Of a stretch of DNA of 64,000 bases, positions 41,176 through 52,101 are shown piece after piece (positions within the stretch are counted from its first letter, which is position 1; every line of letters begins with the position of its first letter). The DNA is from Desulfatiglandales bacterium (lineage in GTDB: Bacteria; Desulfobacterota; DSM-4660; Desulfatiglandales; Desulfatiglandaceae): positions 1,088,001 through 1,152,000 of the forward strand of contig OY762721.1 of the NCBI GenBank assembly GCA_963666345.1, in the 5' to 3' direction. Made by a program: the position numbers and the translations under genes. Under the pieces are notes generated by a model that saw nothing but the letters and a program-made list of their open reading frames with translations, made no database searches and was not told where the DNA came from.

Positions 41176-41362
41176 ATAACGATTCTATGAAAATTACTTT
41201 TCCATATCAACCAGAATTTCTTCGCTTCGCTCAGGGCGGAACTTAGCTTACCGCTTACCGGAGCGGCAGCCGCCCGGTCGTGCAGCGTTATTTGTTACCA
41301 GTTATTCGAAAAAACTATAAAACCACACATCCCGGGTCCTTATACCTCTGTCTGTTAACCCA

Positions 41363-41570
41363 CAAGCGCAGGTGCCGGGGCTTCTTTTTCCGGCCTTATC
41401 TCACAAAAAATACCACAGGAAGCACCAGTGGCCGCAGACAGGGCTTTCTTCCCGGCTGCCTTTCAGCTAAGGTAACGCCCGCAACGGCCATTGGATCCGG
41501 CCACTTTTCCGTCAAGCATAGAGAAGGCCGGAGAAAGGAGTCCCGGTGCCGGAGCATCCCTGCTATAAAT
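41363..41570 (+). repeat. Structured ~210 bp repeat family A, copy 3
   Basis: Same blocks; 41371-41401 pairs with 41520-41550 at 30 of 31 positions, including 5 G-T wobbles. Confidence 0.9.
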
Positions 41571-41784
41571 GGGCAAGAAAGACTTAAAATGATTCATTCA
41601 CCACTTGCTCCCCCTAGCCCCGTGAATCCTTATATATCAATGACCGCCCCGTCATTTGTAATATCTTGACATAGAAATAAAAAGCCGATATCTGTTTGTT
41701 AATTGTTCTCCGGACTTATTTAAAAGCAACTTTGTCAATAATGTTAATCTTTCTATTTGTTAAATAAAAATAGGGAGGGTTATT

Positions 41785-42039
41785 ATGCCTGAGGAAGAAG
41801 TTGCCGTTATCATAAAATTCTTTTCAAAACCGAGCGTGGCAGCCCTTGAAATAAAGGGGGCCGTTAAGGTAGGAGACACCCTTCATTACAAGGGTCACAC
41901 CACCGACTTCACAGAGACCGTTAACAGCATGGAAGTAGACAACAACTCTGTTGATGAGGCCAAACCGGGTGATCTGGTGGGGATAAAGGTAAAGGAAAGG
42001 GTAAGAGAAAACGACAAGGTTTACAAGGTAGTGGAATAG
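41785..42039 (+). CDS. Small beta-barrel protein (translation elongation factor-like / U32 C-terminal-like)
   Basis: FFSKPSVA, GHTTDF..V.SME, G..VGIKV..RVRE.D.VY; GGGAGG RBS. Confidence 0.8.
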   Translation: MPEEEVAVIIKFFSKPSVAALEIKGAVKVGDTLHYKGHTTDFTETVNSMEVDNNSVDEAKPGDLVGIKVKERVRENDKVYKVVE

Positions 42040-42560
42040 CCCTTTATCATGTCAAGCGCCTTTGGTATAAGCTTTCTTATAAAGGCCTCTTTTTCAAAGC
42101 TCGTCATCCCTGAAAATTGCTCATATTGAGGGTGTTTTTCACTCAAGACGGGTATTTGCGCCTTCAGATGAGGCGCCAGTGAATCGAACCGCCTTATGAG
42201 CTCAACAAGGGTGTAATCATCGCCCGGGCAGCTCTCAAACCATCCCAGCCTCTTCATGCACTCGAATCTTATGCTGTCGAGCAAAAATAGATATTGATCT
42301 ATCACCGCCATCTTTTCTTTCGGTTCCAGCTCATTAAACTCGAATCCGGAGCCCATACCGCTTATATTCATTATCAGGTCATAGATATAGAAATTGCTGT
42401 TTTCCCTTCCCTGGGACAGTATGCACAGGGTGTTAAAGGTAATGTTTGTGAGCCTGGTGTCAGCCCCGAAATCCTCGTTAAAACGACTTTTCCAGTTACG
42501 AAATCCCTTTTTTATGAAAACCTGGAGTCTGCCCTCTTCCAGGTCAATGACCTGCGGCAT
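42021..42560 (-). CDS. Hypothetical protein
   Basis: 179-aa ORF overlapping the upstream gene in the same direction. Confidence 0.7.
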   Translation of the reverse strand: MPQVIDLEEGRLQVFIKKGFRNWKSRFNEDFGADTRLTNITFNTLCILSQGRENSNFYIYDLIMNISGMGSGFEFNELEPKEKMAVIDQYLFLLDSIRFECMKRLGWFESCPGDDYTLVELIRRFDSLAPHLKAQIPVLSEKHPQYEQFSGMTSFEKEAFIRKLIPKALDMIKGYSTTL

Positions 42561-42939
42561 CCTTTTCCCCCTTACAGAATGGATCTTCTTTAAGCTGAAA
42601 TCCGCACTTTACACATACCCCTATTCTTGACTGTTTGAATCCGCATCGAGGGCACATGATAAAATCATCAAAAGAGGCTATGTTTATCGAATGATTGAAT
42701 CGCTTAGCCTCCTCAAAGCAGCCGTTTTCCTCAATAGTAACCCGGCCTCCGGCCTCCTGAATGGTATCGGCGTAATGCCTTGCGTCCTTCAGGGTTGCAT
42801 CACGTTTTATAACCGCCGGTGTTTTTTTCATCAGCTCAGTCAAGGTCTCACTTGGAATACCATAGCGAGACATTTTCTTTAAAAAGCCCGCCTCATCCCC
42901 CCTCAATCCCTTGAATATTACACGATATTTCTTGACCAT
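42544..42939 (-). CDS. Hypothetical protein with C-terminal zinc ribbon
   Basis: CPRCG..CVKCG. Confidence 0.7.
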   Translation of the reverse strand: MVKKYRVIFKGLRGDEAGFLKKMSRYGIPSETLTELMKKTPAVIKRDATLKDARHYADTIQEAGGRVTIEENGCFEEAKRFNHSINIASFDDFIMCPRCGFKQSRIGVCVKCGFQLKEDPFCKGEKDAAGH

Positions 42940-43054
42940 CAGGCAGGCCCTTTTGATAAAATAAAAAAACAGCACGGGGAAACTCGTATTACGGGCGCAT
43001 GAACATCATTTGAAATTCAGGGACGCTCTTTACAGGCATTGACATTCAACCCGA

Positions 43055-44635
43055 TCATCCCAGGCAGGCCTTTACAAAGCCGTAGAAAAGGGGTGCAGGC
43101 ACTTCCATCCTGGATTTCAATTCAGGATGCGCCTGTGTCGCGACAAAGTATTTGAGATCCGGTAATTCGATAAATTCAACCAATCTGCCGTCCTGTGACG
43201 CGCCTGAGAATATCATTCCTTTTTCCTGCAGTAGGGAATGATACTCAGGATTAACCTCGTAACGGTGGCGATGACGCTCTGTCGCCTCTTTCTTTCCATA
43301 CAGGGACCCGACAAGGCTGCCTTTCTTTAGCAGAGCCTTGTAGGCGCCCAGTCTCATGGTGCCCCCCTTTTCATACACCTCCCGCTGCTCCGGCAGGATG
43401 TCGATAACAGGATAGGGGGTATCCGGAGCTATCTCTGTCGAGTTTGCACCTTCAAGACCACACACATTCCTTGAAAATTCGATCACAGCAAGCTGGAGAC
43501 CGAGGCAAAGCCCGAGAAAAGGGACGCCCTTTCCCCTTGCCATCCTTATTATCTCTATCTTTCCCTCTGTCCCTCTTGATCCGAACCCTCCCGGCACCAC
43601 AACTCCGGCGACATGATCCAGAAACGATGTATCAGCAAGATCCGTAGTCTCGATCCACTCAAGGTTTATCTTGCAGCCCAGATGAGCTGAACAGTGATTG
43701 AAAGCCTCGATTATAGAGGCGTAGGAGTCCTCAAGTTTCGTATATTTCCCGCACATTGCGATGGAAATTTCTCTTTTGGGATTGCGGATATTTTCTATCA
43801 ACGCCTTCCACCTTCTCAGGTCGGGCGGGCTGTAGATATTCAGTTTTTTATGGATTATCTCAGGGAGACCCTCCTGCTCGAAGATAACCGGAATCTCATA
43901 GACATCCTCTACATCAAGGCCGGTTATCACGGCACTCGGATGGACATCGCAGAAACTGGAGATCTTCATCTTTACCTTCTTTGTCAGAAACTCCGTGCAC
44001 CTTCCTATAATGATATCAGGAAATATGCCGCGCTGCTTAAGAAGGTTAACGCTCTGCTGGGTCGGCTTTGATTTCTGTTCGTTGACGCCATAGGGTATGG
44101 GAACATAGGTGAGGTGAACATATATGATGTTTTCCTTGCCCACATCCTCTTTCATCTGCCTCATGGCTTCCAGGAAAAGCTCGTTTTCGATGTCACCGAC
44201 CGTTCCTCCGATTTCCACAATTATCATGTCCGGCTTTTCCTCGGAGGCGACCTCGAATATATGGTCCTTTATTGTATCGGTGACATGAGGGATATACTGA
44301 ACCGTTTTCCCGAGATAATCACCCTTTCTCTCCTTTTTCCTGACCATGTCGAATACCTTGCCCATGGTAAGATTCCATTTGGACTTGCAGTTTACCCCTA
44401 GGAATCTCTCATAGTGACCGAAATCCATGTCCACTTCGGCTCCGTCATCAAGAACGAAGACCTCCCCATGCTCAAAGGGGTTCATGGTGCCCGGATCGAC
44501 ATTCAGATATCCGTCGCATTTGATGGGGACTATTCTGAGTTTGGAGGAAAGCAGGTGTCCGATTGAAGCGGCAGCAACCCCCTTTCCAAGACCGGAAAGA
44601 ACACCACCTGTGATAATTATATATTTTGTGGGCAT
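43055..44635 (-). CDS. pyrG: CTP synthase
   Basis: TGGVLSGLGKG, DPGTMNPFEHGEV, EIGGTVGDIE, KPTQ, GLCLG, RHRHRYE, HPE. Confidence 0.97.
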   Translation of the reverse strand: MPTKYIIITGGVLSGLGKGVAAASIGHLLSSKLRIVPIKCDGYLNVDPGTMNPFEHGEVFVLDDGAEVDMDFGHYERFLGVNCKSKWNLTMGKVFDMVRKKERKGDYLGKTVQYIPHVTDTIKDHIFEVASEEKPDMIIVEIGGTVGDIENELFLEAMRQMKEDVGKENIIYVHLTYVPIPYGVNEQKSKPTQQSVNLLKQRGIFPDIIIGRCTEFLTKKVKMKISSFCDVHPSAVITGLDVEDVYEIPVIFEQEGLPEIIHKKLNIYSPPDLRRWKALIENIRNPKREISIAMCGKYTKLEDSYASIIEAFNHCSAHLGCKINLEWIETTDLADTSFLDHVAGVVVPGGFGSRGTEGKIEIIRMARGKGVPFLGLCLGLQLAVIEFSRNVCGLEGANSTEIAPDTPYPVIDILPEQREVYEKGGTMRLGAYKALLKKGSLVGSLYGKKEATERHRHRYEVNPEYHSLLQEKGMIFSGASQDGRLVEFIELPDLKYFVATQAHPELKSRMEVPAPLFYGFVKACLG

Positions 44636-45109
44636 AGGACCTAAGGATTATCTGTTTGTTTGATTTGGGACTCGGTTTGTAAATGATTAATCCATATCAA
44701 TGGCAATAGTCAAGCCCTAAAAGAAAAAAGATCCGGGGCACTGAGACCGGCCCTGCTAAGCCCTGATCAGGCGTCAAAATATTACGGCGCCTTGGATCCA
44801 ACATCCCGCAGCGGCCCGGGGATAAGACGAAATCCCCGGTCATGATTGATCGCATTTTGATCAGACGGTGGGTTTCGGGTAAAGAAATCGTCTTGACCTT
44901 GATCCAGAAAAGACTAAGATTAAAAGGGAAATAGACTTAAACCTGCGAAGCGAAATTTTTCCCGCAAATTTTACGGTCGGCTGATGAATAACCCTGCCGA
45001 GAAGCGATGGGTCAGCATCGGTAATATCTGTAACCACACCCCGGGGTGAATGAATTGACTGTTTCCCGCCCGAGGCGGATTAAACTATTTTTTGACGAAA
45101 GATGAGGCA

Positions 45110-46417
45110 ATGGCCCCTATAATTGCAATAGTGGGAAGACCCAATGTGGGAAAATCGTCCCTTTTCAACAGGCTTTCCCGTTCAAGAGACGCACTTGTCG
45201 ACGATATGCCCGGTATTACACGGGACAGGCTTTACTCCACCGTGCAATACGACGGCAGCACCTTCACCCTGATTGATACGGGCGGTTTTGACGATACGGA
45301 TCAGGACCCTCTTGTCAAAAAGATGCGCGAACAGGTGGAAACGGCCATTGATGAGGCCGACGCCATAATATTCATGGTGGATGGACGCCAGGGTATAATA
45401 CCGGGAGACGAGGAGGTCGCCGACATCCTCAGACGAAGCAGGAAAAAGGTATTTCTTGCGGCAAACAAGATAGACGGTCCTGAACATGATCACATGAGCC
45501 TTGTTTTTTACCGACTGGGTGTTGAAAAGGTATACCCCGTATCCGCCGCGCACGGCTATGGAATAAGAGACCTGTTCGAGGGAATTATGAGGGACCTTCC
45601 ACCGGCCGAACTCGAACATGAAGATGAAGACAAGATCAGGGTGGCGGTCCTTGGAAAGCCTAATGTGGGCAAATCTTCTCTCATAAACAAGATACTGGGG
45701 CTTGACAGACTTGTCGTAAGCGATATCCCAGGTACGACCCGTGATTCCGTGGATACGAATTTCAGTTACAGGAACAGGGATTACGTCCTTATCGACACTG
45801 CGGGGCTCAGGAGAAAATCGAGGGTAAGAGAAAAGATCGACAAATTCTCAATGATAAAGACACTCAAAAGCATCGAACGCTGCCATATCGCCGTTCTGCT
45901 CATAGATGCCGACGAGGGGGTATCCGATCAGGACGCACGGATATTCGGTTACGCGTTTGAGCGCGACAGAGCCATAGTCCTGGCAATTAACAAGTGGGAC
46001 CTTGTAAAGGGCAATCCTGAAAAGATAGACTATCTTAAAAGGGATATAGAGAGAAAGCTCAAATTTATTTCCTTTGCGCCGAGTATAAACCTCTCCGCCT
46101 TGACAGGCCACAGGGTTATGAAACTTTTTGACAGAATAGACCTGGTTCACACGCAATTTTCTAAAAAGATAGGCACAGGGGTACTGAACAGGGGGATAAA
46201 GGAGATAATTGAAAGGCATCAGCCGCCAAGAATCAAAGGGAAGAGCCTCAAATTTTTATACGCGACCCAGTCGCGTATAAAACCCCCTACATTTGTTATA
46301 TTTGTCAACAGGCCCGAAATAATACATTTTTCATACGAGCGTTTCCTTGTAAACAATCTGAGGTCGCACTTCGGGCTCGAGTTTTCTCCCATAAAGATAA
46401 GATTCAAAAAGAGGTAG
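45110..46417 (+). CDS. der: Ribosome biogenesis GTPase Der
   Basis: Two G domains (GRPNVGKS, GKPNVGKS), DTGG/DTAG, NKID/NKWD, C-terminal KH-like domain. Confidence 0.97.
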   Translation: MAPIIAIVGRPNVGKSSLFNRLSRSRDALVDDMPGITRDRLYSTVQYDGSTFTLIDTGGFDDTDQDPLVKKMREQVETAIDEADAIIFMVDGRQGIIPGDEEVADILRRSRKKVFLAANKIDGPEHDHMSLVFYRLGVEKVYPVSAAHGYGIRDLFEGIMRDLPPAELEHEDEDKIRVAVLGKPNVGKSSLINKILGLDRLVVSDIPGTTRDSVDTNFSYRNRDYVLIDTAGLRRKSRVREKIDKFSMIKTLKSIERCHIAVLLIDADEGVSDQDARIFGYAFERDRAIVLAINKWDLVKGNPEKIDYLKRDIERKLKFISFAPSINLSALTGHRVMKLFDRIDLVHTQFSKKIGTGVLNRGIKEIIERHQPPRIKGKSLKFLYATQSRIKPPTFVIFVNRPEIIHFSYERFLVNNLRSHFGLEFSPIKIRFKKR

Positions 46418-46447
46418 CCTGAAAACATAATTTCCCAACCTGGGTAT

Positions 46448-48445
46448 ATGATCATGACTGACGCACGTGAAAAGACCGGGCCGGAACTCCTGGCGGAAAT
46501 AGAGGCCCTTAAAAAAAGGCTTGAATCCCTTGAAACGACTCAGGATGAGGATTCTCAAACAGGGAGCACTCCTAACGAGTCGGAAGAGATGTACCGCAAC
46601 CTGATTGAGCGCGCAAACGACGGCATTGTGATCCTGCAGGATGGAAACGTCAAATTCCTCAATAAGCGTATGTCGGAGATGCTCGGCTACGGCAATGCCG
46701 GTATAATTGATAAGCCGTTCACCGATTATGTAAAACCTGAAGAGGCGGAAAGGCTCCTTAAGCGCTTTGCCAGGAGAATGGCAGGAGACCCGGCGCCTTC
46801 CAGGTATGAAGCCACCCTTATTAACAGCACCGGTAAATTCCTGGATGTGGAGATAAACGCCGGCCACATAACCTACAACGGAAGACCGGCGGACCTGGTC
46901 ATAATAAGGGATATGACCGAACACAAGGAGGCTGAAAAGGCCTTGCGCAAATCCGAAGAAAAATACAGGCTTCTTGTGGAAAATGCAAATGATGTCATAT
47001 TGATAGCTCAGGATGGCGTCATCAGATTCTTCAACCACCAGACCTCGGAGCTTACCGGCTATTCCGATGATGAACTTGAGGGTAAGCCCTTCATCGAACT
47101 GATCCATCCCGATGAAAGGGACTTTATAGAAAACAGACACAAGAAAAGGCTTAAAGGCGATGAACTTCCGTCCACCTATTCATTCAGGGTGCTCCATAAA
47201 AGTGGAAGGACGATGTCGGGCCAGATAAACACCGTAAAGATTGATTGGCAGGGCAGGCCAGCGACTCTCAATTTCATAAGGGATATAACAGAGCAGAAAA
47301 AGATTGATGCCAGGCTCAGGATGGCCCAGAAAATGGAAGCGGTGGGAACACTTGCCGGGGGCATAGCCCACGACTTCAACAACCTTTTGATGGCCATTCA
47401 GGGCGGTATCTCGCTCATGCTCCTGGAAACAGACAAGGACCTGCCTAATTACGATATCCTCAAGGGTATAGAGAGACAGATTCAAAGCGGTTCAAAGCTT
47501 ACCCGGCAGCTTCTCGGTTATGCCAGAAGGGGGAAATATGAAGTCAAGCCGCTTGATATCAACAAAATAATCGATGAAACCGCCGAGACGTTCGGAAGGG
47601 CGAAAAAAGAGATAAAAGTACATAAAAGGCTCGACAGGGATCTTTACCCGGTTAAGGCGGACCTGCCTCAGATAGAGCAGGTGCTCCTGAATCTTTGCTT
47701 AAATGCCGCTGATGCCATGCCGGACGGAGGCGAGCTCTTCATTGACACCGCTAATGTGTCACACCTTGATCTGAGCGCCAAGCAATATATCGCCAAAAAG
47801 GGTAATTACGCCATGATCAGGGTGACCGACTCCGGAACCGGTATAGACAAAGGGACTATTGATCGTATTTTCGAACCCTTTTTCACTACAAAGGAAATGG
47901 GAAGGGGTACGGGCCTTGGCCTGGCATCCGTGTACGGCATCGTAAAGGGACATGGAGGCTACGTAGATGTTGAATCTGAAGTAGGCAAAGGGACCACCTT
48001 CTTCATATATCTGCCCGCATCGGAAAAAGGGGCTGAAACTGCTGCCGGTCTGGAAAACGACATCGTCAAAGGTGAGGGAGCGATACTGTTTGTCGATGAT
48101 GAACCGATGGTGCTGGATGTAGGTGCCAGGATGCTTGAACGTATCGGATACAAAGTATTCAAGGCAAAAAGCGGGACAGAGGCCCTCGCGATCTTCGAAA
48201 AAATAAAGGACGACATCGACCTTGTCATGCTGGACATGGTCATGCCCGACTCTGCGGCGGAAAAGACCTTCGAAGGCATTAAGGCGGTCAGGCAGGATAT
48301 CAAGGTTCTGATCTCAAGCGGGTACAGCGAATTCGGCGAAGCCGAAGAGATAATGTCAAAGGGATGCGACGGCTTTATTCAAAAACCGTTTGACATCGCC
48401 GGGCTCTCAAAGAAAATCAACGAGATTTTAACTCAAAAGGCGTAA
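46448..48445 (+). CDS. PAS-PAS hybrid sensor histidine kinase
   Basis: [13 protein letters not shown] boxes ([14 protein letters not shown]), receiver with VDDE, LDMVMP, QKP. Confidence 0.93.
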   Translation: MIMTDAREKTGPELLAEIEALKKRLESLETTQDEDSQTGSTPNESEEMYRNLIERANDGIVILQDGNVKFLNKRMSEMLGYGNAGIIDKPFTDYVKPEEAERLLKRFARRMAGDPAPSRYEATLINSTGKFLDVEINAGHITYNGRPADLVIIRDMTEHKEAEKALRKSEEKYRLLVENANDVILIAQDGVIRFFNHQTSELTGYSDDELEGKPFIELIHPDERDFIENRHKKRLKGDELPSTYSFRVLHKSGRTMSGQINTVKIDWQGRPATLNFIRDITEQKKIDARLRMAQKMEAVGTLAGGIAHDFNNLLMAIQGGISLMLLETDKDLPNYDILKGIERQIQSGSKLTRQLLGYARRGKYEVKPLDINKIIDETAETFGRAKKEIKVHKRLDRDLYPVKADLPQIEQVLLNLCLNAADAMPDGGELFIDTANVSHLDLSAKQYIAKKGNYAMIRVTDSGTGIDKGTIDRIFEPFFTTKEMGRGTGLGLASVYGIVKGHGGYVDVESEVGKGTTFFIYLPASEKGAETAAGLENDIVKGEGAILFVDDEPMVLDVGARMLERIGYKVFKAKSGTEALAIFEKIKDDIDLVMLDMVMPDSAAEKTFEGIKAVRQDIKVLISSGYSEFGEAEEIMSKGCDGFIQKPFDIAGLSKKINEILTQKA

Positions 48446-48490
48446 TTTCATAAACGGAACCTGTTCACTGATTCGGGGGTTATCATAAGG

Positions 48491-50230
48491 ATGCGCACGA
48501 TAAGAATAGGAATGGCCCAGATAAATTCAGCGGTGGGGGATATAAAGGGAAACACGGAAAAAATAATTTCCTATCTTGAAAGGGGCAGAAAACTGGGAGT
48601 TGATCTTATAAGTTTTCCTGAACTTGCGGTTACAGGTTACCCTCCGGAGGATCTCCTTCTTATGCCCCAGTTTATAGACGCAAACCTTGCAGCACTTAAG
48701 ACAATAACCGGGGCCGCATCAAATATCTGCGCGATAGTGGGCTTTGTTGATAAGGACACGGACATCTACAATGCAGCTGCAGTAATAGACGACGGAAAAC
48801 TTATCGGCATATATCACAAGATATATCTTCCGAACTACGGTGTGTTTGATGAGAACAGATATTTTCAGGCAGGCGTTGACATGCCTGTTTTCAAGTTTGG
48901 AAGCTCCGTGATAGGGGTAAATATCTGCGAGGATATGTGGCATCCGGGGGATCCGACTACCAGCCAGACCCTTTTGGGGGATGCGGAGATAATCGTAAAC
49001 ATATCATCTTCTCCCTATCATGCCGACAAGGCGGGAAGAAGAAAACAGATGCTTGCCACAAGGGCCTCGGACAACGCGGTGATAGTTGCCTTTACGAATC
49101 TCGTGGGCGGCCAGGACGAGCTCATATTCGACGGAGCAAGCATGCTCCTTGATCAAAGGGGTGAGGTCCTGTGCCTGGGCAGGCAGTTTGAAGAGGATTT
49201 TATTGTAGCTGACTGCGATCTGGATGCGGTGTTTCATCAGAGGCTCCATGATCCTAAAAGGCGAAGCGCCAAGCGGCATCTTTTGATGTCCGATAAAAGG
49301 GTGAAGACATATCAGATCGAAAAACCCGGCTCAGGGACCCCAGTGAAGCCCGAGATCCCGGCCCGCGCCGTATCTTCGTTGACCGCTGCGGAAGAGATCT
49401 ATGAGGCCCTCAAATTAGGGATTAAGGACTATGTCGTAAAAAACGGTTTTGAAAAGGTGACCATAGGCCTCAGCGGCGGTATAGACTCTGCCCTGGTCGC
49501 GGCCATTGCGGCCGATTCTCTCGGAAACCGGAATGTCGTGGGAGTTTCAATGCCCTCGACATATACATCCAAAGAAAGCATCGAAGACGCGGAGAGGCTC
49601 TCATCCAATCTCGGCATAAGACATATAACCATACCTATTGATAAAGGATTCGACTCATTCGAGCGGATGCTCGCCCCGGCGTTCGAAGGCACCGAACCCG
49701 ACCTTACCGAGGAAAATCTACAGGCCAGAATCAGGGGGACCCTGCTCATGGCCCTTTCAAACAAATTCGGATGGCTTGTTCTCACCACGGGGAACAAGAG
49801 CGAGACAAGCGTTGGTTATTGCACCCTGTACGGGGATATGGCGGGCGGCTACGGCATAATAAAGGATGTCCCCAAAACCCTTGTGTATGAACTGGCAGGA
49901 TATATAAACGAAAAGGGCGAAAAAGAGTTAATCCCCGCGAGGATCCTCACCAAATCGCCGTCAGCCGAACTGAGGCCGAATCAGAAGGACTGCGACTCCC
50001 TGCCGCCGTATAATGTTCTTGACCCTATCCTTCAGGCATACGTTGAGGAGGACAAAAGCGTCAAGGAGATTGTCAGGATGGGCTTTGACGAAAAGACCGT
50101 GCGTGAGATAATAGGGCTTGTCGACAAAAATGAGCACAAAAGGCGTCAGTCCCCCCCCGGGATAAAGATAACCCCCAGGGCACTCGGCAAGGACAGGCGC
50201 CTTCCCATCTCCAACAGATTCAGGATGTAA
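48491..50230 (+). CDS. nadE: Glutamine-dependent NAD+ synthetase
   Basis: Nitrilase domain FPEL, K.YLPNY, ICED; SGGIDS, ENLQAR, TGNKSE, PSAEL. Confidence 0.96.
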   Translation: MRTIRIGMAQINSAVGDIKGNTEKIISYLERGRKLGVDLISFPELAVTGYPPEDLLLMPQFIDANLAALKTITGAASNICAIVGFVDKDTDIYNAAAVIDDGKLIGIYHKIYLPNYGVFDENRYFQAGVDMPVFKFGSSVIGVNICEDMWHPGDPTTSQTLLGDAEIIVNISSSPYHADKAGRRKQMLATRASDNAVIVAFTNLVGGQDELIFDGASMLLDQRGEVLCLGRQFEEDFIVADCDLDAVFHQRLHDPKRRSAKRHLLMSDKRVKTYQIEKPGSGTPVKPEIPARAVSSLTAAEEIYEALKLGIKDYVVKNGFEKVTIGLSGGIDSALVAAIAADSLGNRNVVGVSMPSTYTSKESIEDAERLSSNLGIRHITIPIDKGFDSFERMLAPAFEGTEPDLTEENLQARIRGTLLMALSNKFGWLVLTTGNKSETSVGYCTLYGDMAGGYGIIKDVPKTLVYELAGYINEKGEKELIPARILTKSPSAELRPNQKDCDSLPPYNVLDPILQAYVEEDKSVKEIVRMGFDEKTVREIIGLVDKNEHKRRQSPPGIKITPRALGKDRRLPISNRFRM

Positions 50231-50294
50231 CACCGGCACCATCTTCCTGACCTGGCTCAGAGAGACGGGTTCTCCACAGGAATTCCCCACAAAA

Positions 50295-50336
50295 GACATT
50301 TTTGTCTTCATATTATTTTTTTACTACAAATTTGTC
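50295..50336. promoter_or_regulatory. Paired ACA-N4-TGT sites, putative sigma54 activator binding sites
   Basis: GACATTTTTGTC and TACAAATTTGTC, 30 bp apart. Confidence 0.55.
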
Positions 50337-50414
50337 TTATATCATCCCACAGCACACGGCACTCCACACCTTATCTCATTGATAATACTATATTAAATCA
50401 TGACAAACCCTCTC

Positions 50415-50430
50415 TGGCACGTTCATTGCT
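50415..50430 (+). promoter_or_regulatory. sigma54 promoter of amtB-glnB-glnD
   Basis: TGGCAC-GTTCA-TTGCT. Confidence 0.85.
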
Positions 50431-50464
50431 GAAAATAGAGTTAGAAACTATAAAGGAGGCAACC

Positions 50465-51685
50465 ATGAACGCGGCAGACACGGTTTTTGTATTAATTTCA
50501 GCGGCCCTTGTAATGCTTATGACACCGGGGCTGGCACTTTTTTACGGGGGTATGGTCCGGACCAAGAATATCCTGGGCACCCTCATGCAGAGCTTTATCA
50601 TTCTGGCGATAATAACGCTTGAATGGGTCCTGTGGGGCTACTCAATGTCATTCGGGCCCGATATCGGGGGAATCATAGGCAATCTGAGCTGGATAGGACT
50701 GGATTCGGTAGGCATGGCCCCGAGCCCTGATTATGGGAGCACTGTCCCGCACCTGGCATTCATGGTCTTTCAGTGCATGTTCGCGATAATAACCCCGGCA
50801 TTGATAACAGGCGCCTTTGCGGAAAGGATGAAGTTCAGCGCCTTTCTCATCTTTGTAATCCTCTGGGCAACCTTTGTCTACAATCCCATGGCCCACTGGG
50901 TATGGGGTGTCGGCGGCTGGATCGGAAAGATGGGCGCCCTTGATTTTGCCGGCGGCACGGTCGTTCATATAAGCTCCGGGGTCTCCGCACTGGCTGCGGC
51001 GATCTTTATCGGAAAGAGACTGGGCTATGGAAACACCGCCTATATTCCTCATAATCTGCCCATGACGGTCACAGGAGCGGCCCTTCTCTGGTTCGGCTGG
51101 TTCGGGTTCAATGCGGGCAGCGCGCTTGCGGCAGACGGTCTGGCAGCCAATGCCTTTGTGGTTACCCACATAGCCTCTGCAACCGCCGCCCTGTTCTGGA
51201 CCCTTCTTGAATGGAGGCACAGAGGAAACCCCACGACCCTGGGGGCCGCAAGTGGGGCCGTGGCCGGCCTTGTAGCGATAACACCCGCCTGCGGGTTTGT
51301 CGGGCCGCTTTCCTCCATGGTCATCGGAGCTTTTGCCGGTCTGATATGCTACGGCGGAGTTATCCTCAAAAGCAAATTGGGCTATGACGACTCCCTCGAC
51401 GTGGTAGGCATACACGGCCTCGGCGGCACCTGGGGTGCACTTGCCACCGGTCTTTTTGCCAGCACCGCAATAAATCCAAACGGCGCGGAAGGTCTGTTCT
51501 TTGGAAATCCCGGACTGCTCATGACCCAGTTCGTATCCGTCATCGTTACCATGGCCTTTGCCTTTATAATGACCCTTATCATACTCAAGGTCGTGGATCT
51601 TTTGATCGGTATCAGGATAACCGCAGAGGAGGAAGAAAAGGGCATGGACTTGACCCTTCACAACGAGGCGGGCTACAGCCTCTAG
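50465..51685 (+). CDS. amtB: Ammonium transporter
   Basis: MTPGLALFYGG, FQCMFA, DFAGGTVVH, WFGWFGFNAGS, DDSLDV.GIHG; start after AAGGAGG. Confidence 0.96.
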   Translation: MNAADTVFVLISAALVMLMTPGLALFYGGMVRTKNILGTLMQSFIILAIITLEWVLWGYSMSFGPDIGGIIGNLSWIGLDSVGMAPSPDYGSTVPHLAFMVFQCMFAIITPALITGAFAERMKFSAFLIFVILWATFVYNPMAHWVWGVGGWIGKMGALDFAGGTVVHISSGVSALAAAIFIGKRLGYGNTAYIPHNLPMTVTGAALLWFGWFGFNAGSALAADGLAANAFVVTHIASATAALFWTLLEWRHRGNPTTLGAASGAVAGLVAITPACGFVGPLSSMVIGAFAGLICYGGVILKSKLGYDDSLDVVGIHGLGGTWGALATGLFASTAINPNGAEGLFFGNPGLLMTQFVSVIVTMAFAFIMTLIILKVVDLLIGIRITAEEEEKGMDLTLHNEAGYSL

Positions 51686-51702
51686 TTCACAGCATTAAAT
51701 AA

Positions 51703-52065
<363 letters not shown>

Positions 52066-52101
52066 TACCGATTAACCGAATGAACCGAGGGACTATCAAG
52101 T

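Noticed and set aside
34683..41570. CRISPR array
   Set aside because: The repeats are long and dispersed; there is no repeat-spacer periodicity and no cas gene in the window.
34584..41669. Similar short ORFs at 34584-34859, 36471-36893 and 41280-41669 as a protein family
   Set aside because: They are translations of repeat family A; starts are inconsistent and conservation follows base pairing.
44640..45100. ncRNA in the long pyrG-der divergent gap
   Set aside because: Only scattered short hairpins; no recognisable family.
50648..51661. Long antisense ORFs (for example 337 aa opposite amtB, 298 aa at 4109-5005)
   Set aside because: Shadow frames of well-supported genes on the other strand.
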